Assembly (NCBI GenBank): GCA_002633005.1
Contig: NMRA01000715.1
Span: 28,971 to 92,970, forward strand
Origin: Phoronis australis
Taxonomy: Eukaryota; Animalia; Phoronida
Direction: 5' to 3'
DNA length: 64,000 nucleotides
In this document: one piece after another, positions 41,701 through 53,088 of the stretch
Layout: the number at the start of each line of letters is the position of its first letter
How positions within the stretch are numbered: the stretch's first letter is position 1
Program-made: the position numbers and the translations under genes
The notes under the pieces: generated by a model
Told to the model about the DNA's origin: nothing
Seen by the model: only the letters and a program-made list of their open reading frames with translations
Database searches by the model: none

Positions 41701-44700
41701 AGCTGTGGTTGGCCTCCCTTTTACCACATTGTAGATCACCAGCAAGACACCTATGTTGGCGCACGGGTAACAGTTACCAGATGGTGAAAAATATTTCGTT
41801 TTGAATGAGGTCGGCCAATGTTAGGATCTAGAAGTAACAAAACCATTTTGGTAAACAAACAACATATGCACAATTTGTTGGATATATAGAACACAGACAT
41901 GTAGACTATACACCAACTGGTAGTATAGTAACAATGTACCATTTGCCAGCACAAGCACACTGGAGTTTAATCCCTAACGGAATTGCAAAGACTCACAGTC
42001 ACTGGAAAGGGTGATGGAGGAACTGATGTAACTAAACGCATTACCGAAGACGCCCGTTCCGTGCACAAAGACTCGTGGAATTCTGCATCGTTAGTGATCT
42101 GCGAGCACTCACCGATAAAGGGATAAAGGAACTGCAGTACTGTCAGCACATAAAAGCCCGGTCTTCCAAACGATGTGTATACAAGATCTTGGTACGTGTT
42201 GGTATTAGAAAGGTGACCACCTTTTATTAGAAGAACTATGGAGTAATCTGAAAAGAAAGATATGAAGTTGGTGAATAAAGTCGCTGTACAGATGAAGTAC
42301 GGAACAATTTGAAGGATTCATGTAAATCGAACATAAGTGAATATAGCCACTGTATTTGAACTACTGCGCATTGTAAACACGACATCTATACGAATCCGGT
42401 ATAACAGCTAACGTGGGGATAACGTAGGACTGCAGTGTTCGTATTACTCCCAGGTATAACGTTAACAACAGGCGTATTTGTAGCTGTTAAAATTGTTTGT
42501 TGACCCAGAAGTTTCCAAAGACAGAACAAAAGGATTGCAAAGTCAAGCCACTGATATAAAATTGAAATATAAAAAACGTATGACTCAGAATTTCACACAC
42601 CTGTTACGATTGCCACTAATACGATAATGAAGATTCCTAAACCAAACCCAGCTTGTCTTATGGCGAATGGCATACCTGCAACAGTAAACAAGTCAGGGTC
42701 AGCCATTTGATGAAAATGTCTTCATAACATTCTGATTTGGTAAGTGAACGCTTTTATGTTTGAAGCGCTGAAGTTATGATGACTGAAAATTGTTAAAAAA
42801 CACAATCTTCATGTACTATCACAATGCCTGATGTACGTTACCTTCAACTTGCAAGACAGAAAAGAGAAATGCAGGCTAAGAGGTCAGATGGGCAACGGGA
42901 AGTGGTGATATTCGCCCGCGGTGCACCGCATTGCGTTGGTGAGCCCAGTCGCAGAGGGTCGAAATGCGTTCCCGGTGCCCCGCAAAGCACTCATAAGCGA
43001 CCATAGTGCATCACAAAGCGTTCAATACATGTATGGGGCTAGGCAATTACATCGCCTGAAGACACCGAGAGAAGCTTCATGCAGGGACCAAGGAGACAAT
43101 TGACCACAAGGGGTGGCTGCAACAGTTAGAACTGACAAGAAGTGTTGGTGCCTCACTCTTATAAAATGACATTAAGTATACAAATAAAAATGATAAACTT
43201 TTTATCTCTAACTACAGAAATTAAATGCCGCAAAGAGACAGAGTACAAGACATCCAAATATTGAAAGATGTTGTCTAGACCTTTCCACAAAGAATTATCA
43301 TAAACTCTGATAGGTACAGTACCCGTATAGACACAAAATGACATGACGGTGCAGAGCGGCAAAAACTGGTAGCTGTCATCATCTTTAGATTGGAGCATGA
43401 TTGTTGATACTCTTGTCAAGTGGTTCTGGTGGACTGACATGAGACAACAAGACAGAATTAAAGGGTATAAGGGGATGAGGGAGGTAGTCGAGTTGACAGG
43501 TGCCAGTTCATTAATTCGTGTCATATGTCCCTCAAAATGTATCAAATTTTATCAATTTGCCCTCATTGATTCTGGAAATGCTTAGTGTACCTATGATACC
43601 GGAGCCTATAATGGAATTTATGAAGTTGAAACTCGTCATGGGCACACTGCTGCGCTCCCTCTCATCTTGTTTCTCATCGTCCTCCACCAATTGGTAGGTG
43701 TCGCTGGTGATGTCAGTCGCTTCCGAGACACCTGTCGGCGAGTTAATTGAACTTTGGAGGCTCTGAAGAAGAGAAAATAACCAGAAATACTAACTTAAAA
43801 CCGGGTCTATGCAGAGTGAAGCGGGCGATTATTGTAGAAAGAATGAAAGTACAGACAACAACGTTGGACATTTATGATATCATCAGCCTTTTAGATTGGT
43901 CGGGAAAATTAATCCCATGGGTCTTCTCACGAATGATGACTGAAAATCGATATCATAAATTCGACGACCTAATCGTTTTAAGTGTGTGTACAGACTCATC
44001 GTCTACCTTTTACTCCTCCTACGTTGTTTCCAATGGAAAATCATTTCTACAACCAAATTTTCTTTTTCCACTGAAAAACCATTTCTATGACGAAATTTTC
44101 TCCTGTGCTCATTGGAATTGCTATGAACATAAGGTCTGCCATTTGGATAATGTAATTTTAAACATAGAAAATATATAATGGCAACATAGCAGTTTTCTGT
44201 ACAGTAGGATGTACAGACAAGCACATCTCTGAGGAGCTTCTGGATTTATGGCTGAACACTCACCATGGAATTTGTGCTTGGTCAATAATAAACCATTGAA
44301 TTTATTATACGAATCATTTTCTTGGATACAAATATCGTATACCTGTCAAACGCTATAAGTTGCAGATGTACAGAGACGTCGTACTTGCATCTTCACTATT
44401 TTTCGCGCGAAACAAGGCGTTAGACAAGGTTGAACGCTGTCACACTTCTTGTTTACTTATGCGCGCACCCAGCATAAAAATGGGGGCTCAAATTTTTGAT
44501 AATGGACCTTTTATTAAAAACAATGGGATACGTTCACAGCTGCCTTTTTAGTGGACGTTTGTCTCTTCTACTTTTTCGTAGTTTTTGTCCACTTCGCCGC
44601 ATGTTACTTCTATAGCTATGAACTACTAGAAATGGAAACAAATCATGGCTGATTTACACTTGGTTTAGACACAACATTTCGTTTAGCTCCCATTTATGGT

Positions 44701-46282
44701 AATACACAGCTCAGGTTTGAAAGTGAAAATACTTTTGGAAGGCTGGACTATCTGCAGAAATTGGCAAACCTATTACCACATGAATCGCATTAAGTTTGCA
44801 AAATACCTCTAAGAAACGATGTCTTAACTAAGCTGGGCGTGATGTATGAGTTACCGTAGATGACCATTCACTACTCGCTCGTAAAAATGGTTTAAAACGT
44901 TCAAACTTTTGAAAATCGTCTGCAATCAAATCGTGCATACATGTAGCTGTATTTCAGTTCCCTGTGTCTTTGCATTGTTTGCTGATGGAAAATGTTAGAG
45001 AATTTTAAATTGTTCCGACGGAACACAGGCACTGCTCAATTCTGTATACTTGTTTTGTGATCTCTGTATCATGCATTTCTGTAGATAGTTGAATTATCAT
45101 TGTAAGCCCATTGTTTTGACAAATCACCTTGCATGCACTATACACTGTTGTATAATATACCTACCCCTACCGTCTTACACTAGCAACTGCAGTCTTGCAG
45201 CAGTGCACAGTATTGTATATATATAGGCGTCGTCTTAGACGTACGATACTTATCAGCGTACAGACAATCGTGTTCCCTTACAGACATTATACTTTGGTGT
45301 ATACTGATAGGCCTACAGTCTTACACGAATTGTAAACTGTGCTGTATCTTAATAGGCCTATCGACTAACAAGCATTATACTGTTCCGTATACAGATCGGC
45401 CTATTATCTTACAAGCACTATAGTTTGCTGTATATAGATAGGCATATTGTCTTACAATCACTATACTATTCTGTATACGGATCAGCCGACTCTCTTACAA
45501 GCACCGCACTAATCTGTAAACAGATAGCTCCAGTGGCGGATCTAGGATACCATAAGGGGGGTCCAACATCTGAAGACGTTGTCTCGGAGAATCGGGCAAA
45601 GCGTGATCGTGTTTGGAGCAGAGGCCCGAAAGTTGGGGTGTCTGATTTTGTGACCTCTTTTTCGGCAAATCTTCTGTTCGACTAAAAAAAATAAAAAAAA
45701 CGGGAACGCCGGCCTCCGCTCCCAATATTCCCTCACGCTTTGCGCTGTTGCTGTTCCATTTTGCTTGCGGCAGCCAAGGGGGGGGGGACAGGCCCCCTGC
45801 CCCCCATAAATCCGCTTATGAGCTCCACTGCCTTACAAGCACTGTAGTTTGCCATATTTACAGACAGGTCTGTGTTACAAGCAACATACTGTGTTGTCTA
45901 CAGATAGGCCTACAGTCTTACGAATAGTATGCATATGCTGCGATTAAATCTTAAAAATCCAATTCCCCAAATTGCCTACAAGTGAAGTTTCGTTTTTTCA
46001 TAAAAAATTAACAAGGACAAATAAATGCTAAAAATCATTTTAATGAAAATCCACACCATAGCTACCACCAGACAATAATTCTGAGAAATTATGGGTCGGT
46101 ATTCCCAGCTCGGCTGCTAGAATCCTTCCAATTTTGGCAATCATATGTTTGACCGAACTTCAAGTTGGTGAGCTTTTAACGTATGCTAGTCAGATGACAG
46201 GTAAGACGAATATGCCACTGACGCTAAGCATTACACATACCTGTGACTTCTTTAGGATATAAGAATTTTCGTCCATTTCCAT
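29395..46282 (-). CDS. SLC38A11: Putative sodium-coupled neutral amino acid transporter 11 (AAAP/Aa_trans family); one internal exon not visible
   Basis: join(46241..46282,43591..43762,42601..42675,42113..42247,41485..41550,40855..40964,36863..36945,[missing],33041..33202,32227..32339,31228..31365,29395..29709). Motifs FNFINSIIGSGIIGMP, LQFLYPFIAMISYNVIFGDT, TLPLSLYRNIAKLSK, AYMCHHNSFLIY, GDILENYC, LTYPIECFVTREV, CLGIVLELNG and PLAFIIPPLCYLKL closely match SLC38A11 as I recall it. Confidence 0.92.
30637..31008 (+). mobile_element. 5'-truncated non-LTR retrotransposon fragment (RTEX-like ORF2, region after the RT domain)
   Basis: KFCKIALGVGNSCSNAAVLGECGIYPLYAKYYVTCVKYWLKLLKMPPTRYAKAAYDML...TWVSSVRQLLSKYGFYQIWLNQGV...FAQRVNDCYEQGW; cut by N at 31009. 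Confidence 0.8.
31228..31365 (-). CDS. SLC38A11: SLC38A11 exon (TM9-10)
   Basis: VLENSVFANRQPQTLWRHILETVIIVVINAAISMTTSCLGIVLELN. Confidence 0.93.
32060..32125 (+). mobile_element. tRNA-derived SINE-like head remnant
   Basis: B-box-like GGTTCGAACC at about 32095; no cloverleaf. Confidence 0.3.
32227..32339 (-). CDS. SLC38A11: SLC38A11 exon (TM8)
   Basis: GDILENYCSQDTLVNVASAAFALTIALTYPIECFVTRE. Confidence 0.94.
33041..33202 (-). CDS. SLC38A11: SLC38A11 exon (TM6b-TM7)
   Basis: AYMCHHNSFLIYESMENPSQSRWNLVTHLSVLISMICMLMFGITGYATFTGYTQ; starts in phase 1. Confidence 0.94.
33555..33745 (+). mobile_element. Possible very degenerate THAP-transposon remnant
   Basis: ADKKPEGRTGYLCVAINC resembles a THAP N-terminus; the rest is not alignable by eye. 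Confidence 0.3.
36863..36945 (-). CDS. SLC38A11: SLC38A11 exon (TM5)
   Basis: WGFVSFILLIFVLAVIVIRATTIAEKY; CAG| and |GTAAGC, ends in phase 2. Confidence 0.88.
40041..40150 (-). CDS. SLC38A11: SLC38A11 TM4 exon, duplicate copy B (probably allelic)
   Basis: Same peptide and splice sites as 40855..40964; one synonymous Leu change seen (TTG vs CTG). Confidence 0.6.
40372..40627. repeat. Array of palindromic AAAACTTAAGTTTT units with variable spacers
   Basis: More than 10 copies of AACTTAAGTT; truncated by N at 40628. Confidence 0.9.
40855..40964 (-). CDS. SLC38A11: SLC38A11 exon (TM4), copy A
   Basis: DYLRDTVVGNRQFIVGVCTLLITLPLSLYRNIAKLSK; TAG| and |GTGAGA. Confidence 0.9.
41485..41550 (-). 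CDS. SLC38A11: SLC38A11 exon (TM3 end)
   Basis: AMISYNVIFGDTITKIVYRIGG. Confidence 0.93.
42113..42247 (-). CDS. SLC38A11: SLC38A11 exon
   Basis: DYSIVLLIKGGHLSNTNTYQDLVYTSFGRPGFYVLTVLQFLYPFI. Confidence 0.94.
42601..42675 (-). CDS. SLC38A11: SLC38A11 exon (TM2)
   Basis: GMPFAIRQAGFGLGIFIIVLVAIVT. Confidence 0.93.
43591..43762 (-). CDS. SLC38A11: SLC38A11 exon (N-tail, TM1)
   Basis: SLQSSINSPTG...ERSSVPMTSFNFINSIIGSGII. Confidence 0.92.
45170..45925. repeat. Degenerate minisatellite, about 45-bp unit, split by a MITE
   Basis: Recurring CTTACAAGCACTATA...TATACAGATAGGCCTA. Confidence 0.65.
45531..45820. mobile_element. hAT-type MITE with 5-bp TSD AGCTC, inserted in a minisatellite
   Basis: AGCTC|CAGTGGCGGATCT...AAATCCGCTTATG|AGCTC. 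Confidence 0.7.
46241..46282 (-). CDS. SLC38A11: SLC38A11 first coding exon
   Basis: MEMDENSYILKKSQ|GTATGT; acceptor TTCCAG at 46299 and an in-frame TAG upstream of the ATG; phase 0 fits the next exon. Confidence 0.65.
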
Positions 46283-49200
46283 AATCGTCAGAAGCTACCT
46301 GGAAATAATCAATAGGCTTGATTTAATATTAACTCTGGATAAACGCAGACCTGTTACACAGCAGACGTCACCATGTTTAGTATGTAGGCCTAAGGGGAAC
46401 ATTTGATGGTGGGTCAGGCCGAGAATCGGGAAAGGGGGCAAAGTGAGCTGGAAGGAAGAGGATCAAAGGGATGGATAAGAGTGGAAACCATGACGACGTT
46501 CACGTGTCTCTTCATAGGTCGACCTATGGGTTATGAGCCAAACACTGGACTAAGGTAGGTGTTTCATCATGTTTGACTGAAGAATATCAGTTTCGACATC
46601 GAGTCCTTTGAAGTTCAATTTCAACGCTTTGTATAATAACTTCCAGGGGATTGTAAAAAATACAACACCCAACAAGAGTGTTGGTGTCGGCGTTTGAAAT
46701 ACACGCTGGCCAGATGTCCCAGGACCAGTGGATTTGCCGTCTCGTCAGTAACTTGGCACCTGGGCCAGTAAATGTTCAGACTAACAGATGAAGTTCCAAC
46801 ACTGGTTGGGGTGTTACAAAAGCTTTGATTGCTAGGGTACAACAGTTAGAATAGCTGAGAACCATAATGGGCGTCGTAGAACGGCTATGGATGTCCAAAT
46901 CACGAGCTCAGAGCTGACCTTGTTTCATTCCGAATATCTGTTCAGACAATGCTTCATGCTAAGTGGTCAAGTAGAAGTGTATCTCCTACTTTCCGTGAAA
47001 CCACCAATTCCTAAATTGCCCGGTTAGCAGTGGGCGCGTCTGTAGAACAGTTCATCGACACACCTGAGCTTGTCCACATACAATAAATATGGTGTCTACT
47101 AATGTGCAGACCCTACAGATAACTATATAGACTATACGCTCTGATTAATTATTTATACTCAACACTTAACGCAGATATGTTACAGTTCACCGAATATCTT
47201 AGTAGTCGCAGATCAAGCTCCCGTTTGACTCGATAACTCGACAACTTTAGTGCCACGCCAACAAAACACTGCCTCTTAACTAGCAAAAGTTCAAAATCGT
47301 TACTGTTATCAAGGTGCGTGCATGTACACGTACCTAAGGAAGGACCTCTTCAAATTATGCAGCAAAATGACGGCTGGGGGAAACGGCATCAGCGCGTGTC
47401 GCAATCCAACATAACCCAAGATCCCACAGGAACACTTCTATGCTATCTGAAGGACTGGCATGCTACCATCACAATCAACACATTCATTGTAGTACGCTGA
47501 TAGCAGTCTTCTCACAAGAGAGACGACACTCTATTGTCCGAGATTATAAAGCGCAAAATGAACGTCCCTGAACAAACTCAAAGCATTTCAGTGATTTGAA
47601 CTATGCCTGAGGACACGGACGTAAAGCAACAACAATGAAGGAATTATCGCACAAAAGAGGACCGTAAACGAACTCTCTGTCCCCTTGCCATTGAAGGAGG
47701 GAAAGGCCTTTGGTGGCTTTTTACTTGTCTGTTTGTCGGCATGTTATGGAAACCAGGATGTACGTGAATCTCAGAAGTAGCCGGGAAAAAGAGCACTTAG
47801 TTCTCATGTTTGTTTCACAAATTGACACATGGTCTTGGCCTAAAGTTTGATGGATGGGAAGCCAATTCGGCATCAGGAATTTTTTACAGTTACATCTGCA
47901 ATTAAGACATTTAAAGATACATTATCGAGAAAAGAGTATAACCTTGATGTCAACCCCCGTGATCGTAGGCATAGTTTTGTTTCAGAGAACTGGATAGGAA
48001 AGTAATTTTTAATATCTGTTTTAACAGATAAATAGGGCATAACCGGGTTTGGGATCATTTTATAGTTAGGCGTCCGGGTAATAAACCCCAAATGTTAGCG
48101 TAGTTGTCTCATGTCACTGCAATTCTTTTCTCATTAACCTCAGTTTAGTTCTTCTCAGTTGTATTCTCGTAGACAGCATTTCTTTTCACGGCTTACGTAC
48201 ATGAGGAGTACGTTGCTTTTGGCATGAAAAGAATCCTACGGTGATACCTCACCGGTCGAGTCTAGACAGCTCGACCTGTTTGATAACCTTAAAATCCGCC
48301 GCTACCTTCAAAGAAATCATACAGCTGATGTTATCGGTCACTGGAAATAAACTTTCCAATGGGTAATCACGACCAAACATATCATAAATATAATTGTAAA
48401 GACTGTAGGCGACACTATCACATGATTCTTTTCTAATTATCATTTGAAAGTTTTTTAGCATATTTGAATAGTTCGTGAAAAGTACTGGTGGTGAGGTAAA
48501 ATTTGAAAATGGGACAAGAAGAGTCACTTTCATAACCTAAAACTAGAAATTACTCCACAGCCAGTATTCTGCTTCATTAATTTTGCTTCTCTGGAGCGCA
48601 ACATAATGAGTCGAAGGATCATAAACGAGCAGATGGAAATATTGAGGAAAGCAAGCCTTCAACGTATAATTCTGGACATTGGTTATGTAGCATAAGCTTG
48701 GAGCAAAGTATCGAATTCGTTTGTACATGCAAATGAAAATGTTACCAAAAATCCGCAGCTACAAACTAAAAGACTCGTGCGCTCCTCGTGAAAACCAGAC
48801 CATCGGTAGACACCAGATTCTCAACTCTGTAATTTCCAGAGGAGGCACTGCTGTGCGTGAAATTGGAATCCTGCTTAATCTCAAGATAGCGTATTCGTGA
48901 ACTTGAAACTGAATATTCATTTGGGCAATTAAATGAACTTTTTTATTCAGTGTAAGGAATTTTTGTAATTATTGGTCCCATGATCACCCATTTTCTCCTT
49001 CGTGTCGCAAGAATATGTGAATGGTTAAATTAATTATTGTTTGGTGAATAAGATCGCCAATAGTTGAAAAAAGTTGGTTAAAATTTAGTAATACGTTATT
49101 TTATTAAAATGTAAATTGATTTAGTGTAGTGCATTTTTAGCGACCTGAACCGTTGAGTAAACTACTCAAGTTTCCCCGTGTATTTCAAGTTCACTCATAC

Positions 49201-50589
49201 GCGATCTTGAGCTTAAGCAGGATTCCAAGTTCAGGCACAGCACCACAACTCTTCCAATGCACAACTCGGCTTCCGGTTAGCGCGCGAGAACGTGCGTCAT
49301 ACCAAGCGCCTTTAGTGAACAATCCAAAGGCGATGGTCGCGGCTCGTGCGCAAGATCACGGGTTGTCCATGATAGAGTTGGCAAATTTATTGGATAACCT
49401 TACATCTGTCGCATCGAGGTACTGTCTTTATCGACAAATTTAAGTCTGGAAAGAGACCGTTTACTACTTGCGTGCTTTTTCTACGTTGAACCCCGGTGAG
49501 ATATCCCAGGCTTTCAGTGTCTGTTATTAAGCTGAGAAAACGTATAGATACAAGTTAAACTCTAACGTAAATCGTTGTTACTGCTGTGGTGATATTTATA
49601 AAGTAGAAGAAAACTTTGACCATTAGGATCTTTCTAAAATCTATTTGTCAAGTTACACCACACTCTATACTGTTTAAATAGAAAGCCAATAAAGGGACGT
49701 TATCGTTTTACGGCCGTTAATGCAATTTTAGGATTATCGTGGAACAGGATAGACTATTTGAAGTTATTAGCTTTTTCCAAAGCACATTCTTCCATATGTC
49801 TGCCAGACATTCGACAGACCGGGTCCTTTTTATCACAAATATACTTTAAACACTGCTGTTTAACATGTTCTATTTGACTCACGGATCAGTGGCTAACGCG
49901 GAGTTGGGTTTGATTCCGTGCGGCTACTGGGAATTTCTATAAATTTTTTGGCCAAGAATGTCTCTTTAAGATGACTGGACAGATCCTGTAACATGATGCC
50001 AGTACGGTAACGGACCACTAAAACCGGCAATGTACGATTGATTGAAGGACGCATCTTAACGCGGTTCGATCTGTGACTTCGTATTGAAGCATGTAGTTTT
50101 GATGGCGAGGTGGATGTACGCCTGAATATAAAAATAAAAAGTATTCAGTTGAGCTCCGGAGTGAATGACTAGTAGCGGCGTTGAGAGCAGTAAGAGAAAC
50201 CAATCCCGAAGAGCAAGAGTGTTCACGGCGTTGATGGATGTTTAAGTAAATATTTGTTTGTATTGACACTGTCGACGATATTTGATTTTCAGCTCATGAC
50301 ATGATATTTATTCGTCATTGACACTGACTTATTGTAGGAGTAGATCAATTAATGACATTAGTATAATGTGGCAGAAAGTTGAGTGGTGTTAGCTACTCAA
50401 ACACGGACAAGTATTGATTTTCACCGTCAACTTCAGTTGTGCGTACGTAATGAAGATTACATTTGCAAGTGCTTCAACGTCACTTAAGAGGCTTCAACTG
50501 ACGAACAGATTCATATCTGTGCAATAGTTTTGTAGAGACTTTGGTGAATTGACGTTGCGAGAAAAACGTACGAGATATTCTGATAAAAG

Positions 50590-50742
50590 CAGGGGCGGAT
50601 CCAGAATTTTGAGTTGGGGAGGCAAGGCAGAATGTTAGCCAGAATTTTTCCGGTCAAATATTCGCACCCCCGAACTGCCAAATGGAATCTGAGAAATTTT
50701 TAGGGGGGTCATGCCCCCTGCCCCCCCTCGAATCAGCCACTG
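50590..50742. mobile_element. hAT-type MITE, same family as 636..892
   Basis: CAGGGGCGGATCCAG...AATCAGCCACTG; shares internal TTCGCACCCC(C)GAACTGCCAA with the 636 copy; flanks AAAAG/AATAG. Confidence 0.65.
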
Positions 50743-52766
50743 AATAGAAACGTATTTTGAAACATCTTCAGCAGACATATAATCAATCGAATTCACACGA
50801 GCATTTAAGATGTTTTAGCTAGAACTTTTCTAGTCAAAACATTTTGAAATTAATATTGAGAAAGCAAACAACATATTTAGCTTCAAACGCTTCGGAGAAC
50901 AGATTTGCAACTCAATATTTTCTTATGAAATTCCCAGCGGAGGCATCACTTACTTCTTATGCTCATCGCAGCTGTCGATTTGTACTGTAGTCTGGCACTT
51001 TTACATTGCAGGATAAAGTAGTACATGTAGGTTTAGCAAGAGCAGTTAAAACGTTTAAAGTTTGACATGTCGAACCACATAGTTGGTTTTAATACGCTAC
51101 ACACAACCACGTGAACTTTCTTCCGTTGAAAAGGAAAGAGCGCTCACGTTCGATGAAGCTGTAAAACCCAAACACAGGGCTGGGTCTAATGACATTCGTA
51201 CGACGGTCAATAGCTACCGTTAAGCTCCGTTAACACGCTTTCAGTGACATCAAGTTTGTCGAGTGGACAGAATGCACTTTTTGCCTAAAACTTTTGAGCT
51301 AAAGTGTAAATCCAGTTATAGTTCGTAAGAAAAGTATTAGTCATGACACAACAATGCTGTTACTCTGCAAGAACCTCGCGAACGCCTTGGTTTTGACGAC
51401 AATCTCATTATTGCGTTTTGTAAGAACAATCCTTAGGGTCGTTAAGAGTTCAAAAGAGTTACTTTTGTGTCAGTGATTGGGCTAAAGCAAACTTTACGGA
51501 AATTTCAAATGATATTAGTTGGTCTTAATCAACATTCCTTAAAGAAACCAAACCAGAGTCGGCATAGTTTTAAGAAACGACTTGTTTTTTAATCCCGAAG
51601 CACTTCGGTTCAATAAGACTGATATCTAACCGTTGACAGTTAACGACATCCACACACTTTTAATTGGTAGATACAGTCCACCACATCCGTGCAACGCAAA
51701 TCCGTTCGAGGAAAGCTTGAAAAATAAGATTTTGGTTGCGTAATGGTTATGCCCAACATCAAGACGATTTGCCCCATAATGCGGGTCCACTACATGCGCG
51801 CACCCAGCCTAATAACTAGAATGTGAGACGCACTGACGTACAGTTGGTAATGGCAACCAGTGGTTCGCAAGGCGGGTGCCAAATAAAATACGTCTCCTTT
51901 GAATGGTAATACACGATAATCGTGCTGATTGAGACATTCAGTTTCAATTCACGAATAAACTACAGAATTCAGTGAAAGAAATCTTACTTTGTGGCTGAGG
52001 ATAAGCCCATGTTCTGTCTTTAATAGCATACACACAGACACGGGGTCTCCAGAAAGAAGTCCCGTGGAACAGAATGTGGTCTAAATTCTGGCATCAATGT
52101 TTTGAAAGTCGGTGGGAACGGCTGATTACTGACTAGGATTGACGGTACTTGGGTGACGTGTGTTCAATTACTGGCTGTCCTTTGGCTATGTTCTCAAAGC
52201 AATTAAGCCATTCACCTGACTCATTTGAATCATATAATAAAAATCAGTCAGCTGGGACTAAGAAGTAACTGTATACACATAAACGTATCATTATTTGGTT
52301 CGGATGGCGGTTCACGTATCTCTACAAAGCGATAAAACCGCCAACTTTGAGCAAGCAACAGACAGGCGAAAACACTAGCAGATAATCTGTGAAATTTCTG
52401 ACTGCACAGTCTCGGTATTACCGATAGCCGTGGAGATTTTTGAGAGGATTGTTCACTTTCAGGGTTATGAGTGTCGGAATGTTCGAGTAATTTACCCTGG
52501 TGTGCTAGTGGTTTACCTAAGAAACTGGTGTTCGATGCGAGCTATCGTGAGTACAGTAAAAAACTGAGAATATAATCAAGATTTCGAGCACTTTTGGTCG
52601 AGTGCGGTTCGGTGGTTTCCAAAATATGACAAATTACTCAGTCCTAGTAATGCTTTATTACTCGAGTAAAAAGAGACTGATTAAAGTTTGGTAATTGCGG
52701 GCTTGTAACGCATTTTAGGCTAACTTTTTCAACTAGAACTTGTTAAAATGAAACGATTCAGATTGA

Positions 52767-53088
52767 AGTACGAACTTTACAATCAGCGCATATGTAAACA
52801 ACGACACTTTGATCAGCGTTTCGGTTTATTGTCTATAAACCATTCTCAAGACAAATGGCAAAAGTTCACAATATTCCAAACAGGTGACACAAGTGGAGAA
52901 CAGACTGTACAGGTACACGTCAAAATGCATTGTGACGTATACCTGTACACTCTGTTCTCCATCTGTGTCACCTGATTGGAGTATTGTGAACTTTTGCCTT
53001 TTGCCTTGAGTATTGTTTATAGACAATAAAACGAAACGTCGATTAATATGTTGTTGTTTACATATGCGTTCATTTTTAAGTTCGTACT
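52767..53088. repeat. 322-bp spacerless imperfect palindrome (foldback/MITE-like)
   Basis: Arms AGTACGAACTT... / ...AAGTTCGTACT centred on ATGCAT at 52925-52930; gives near-identical ORFs on both strands. Confidence 0.9.
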
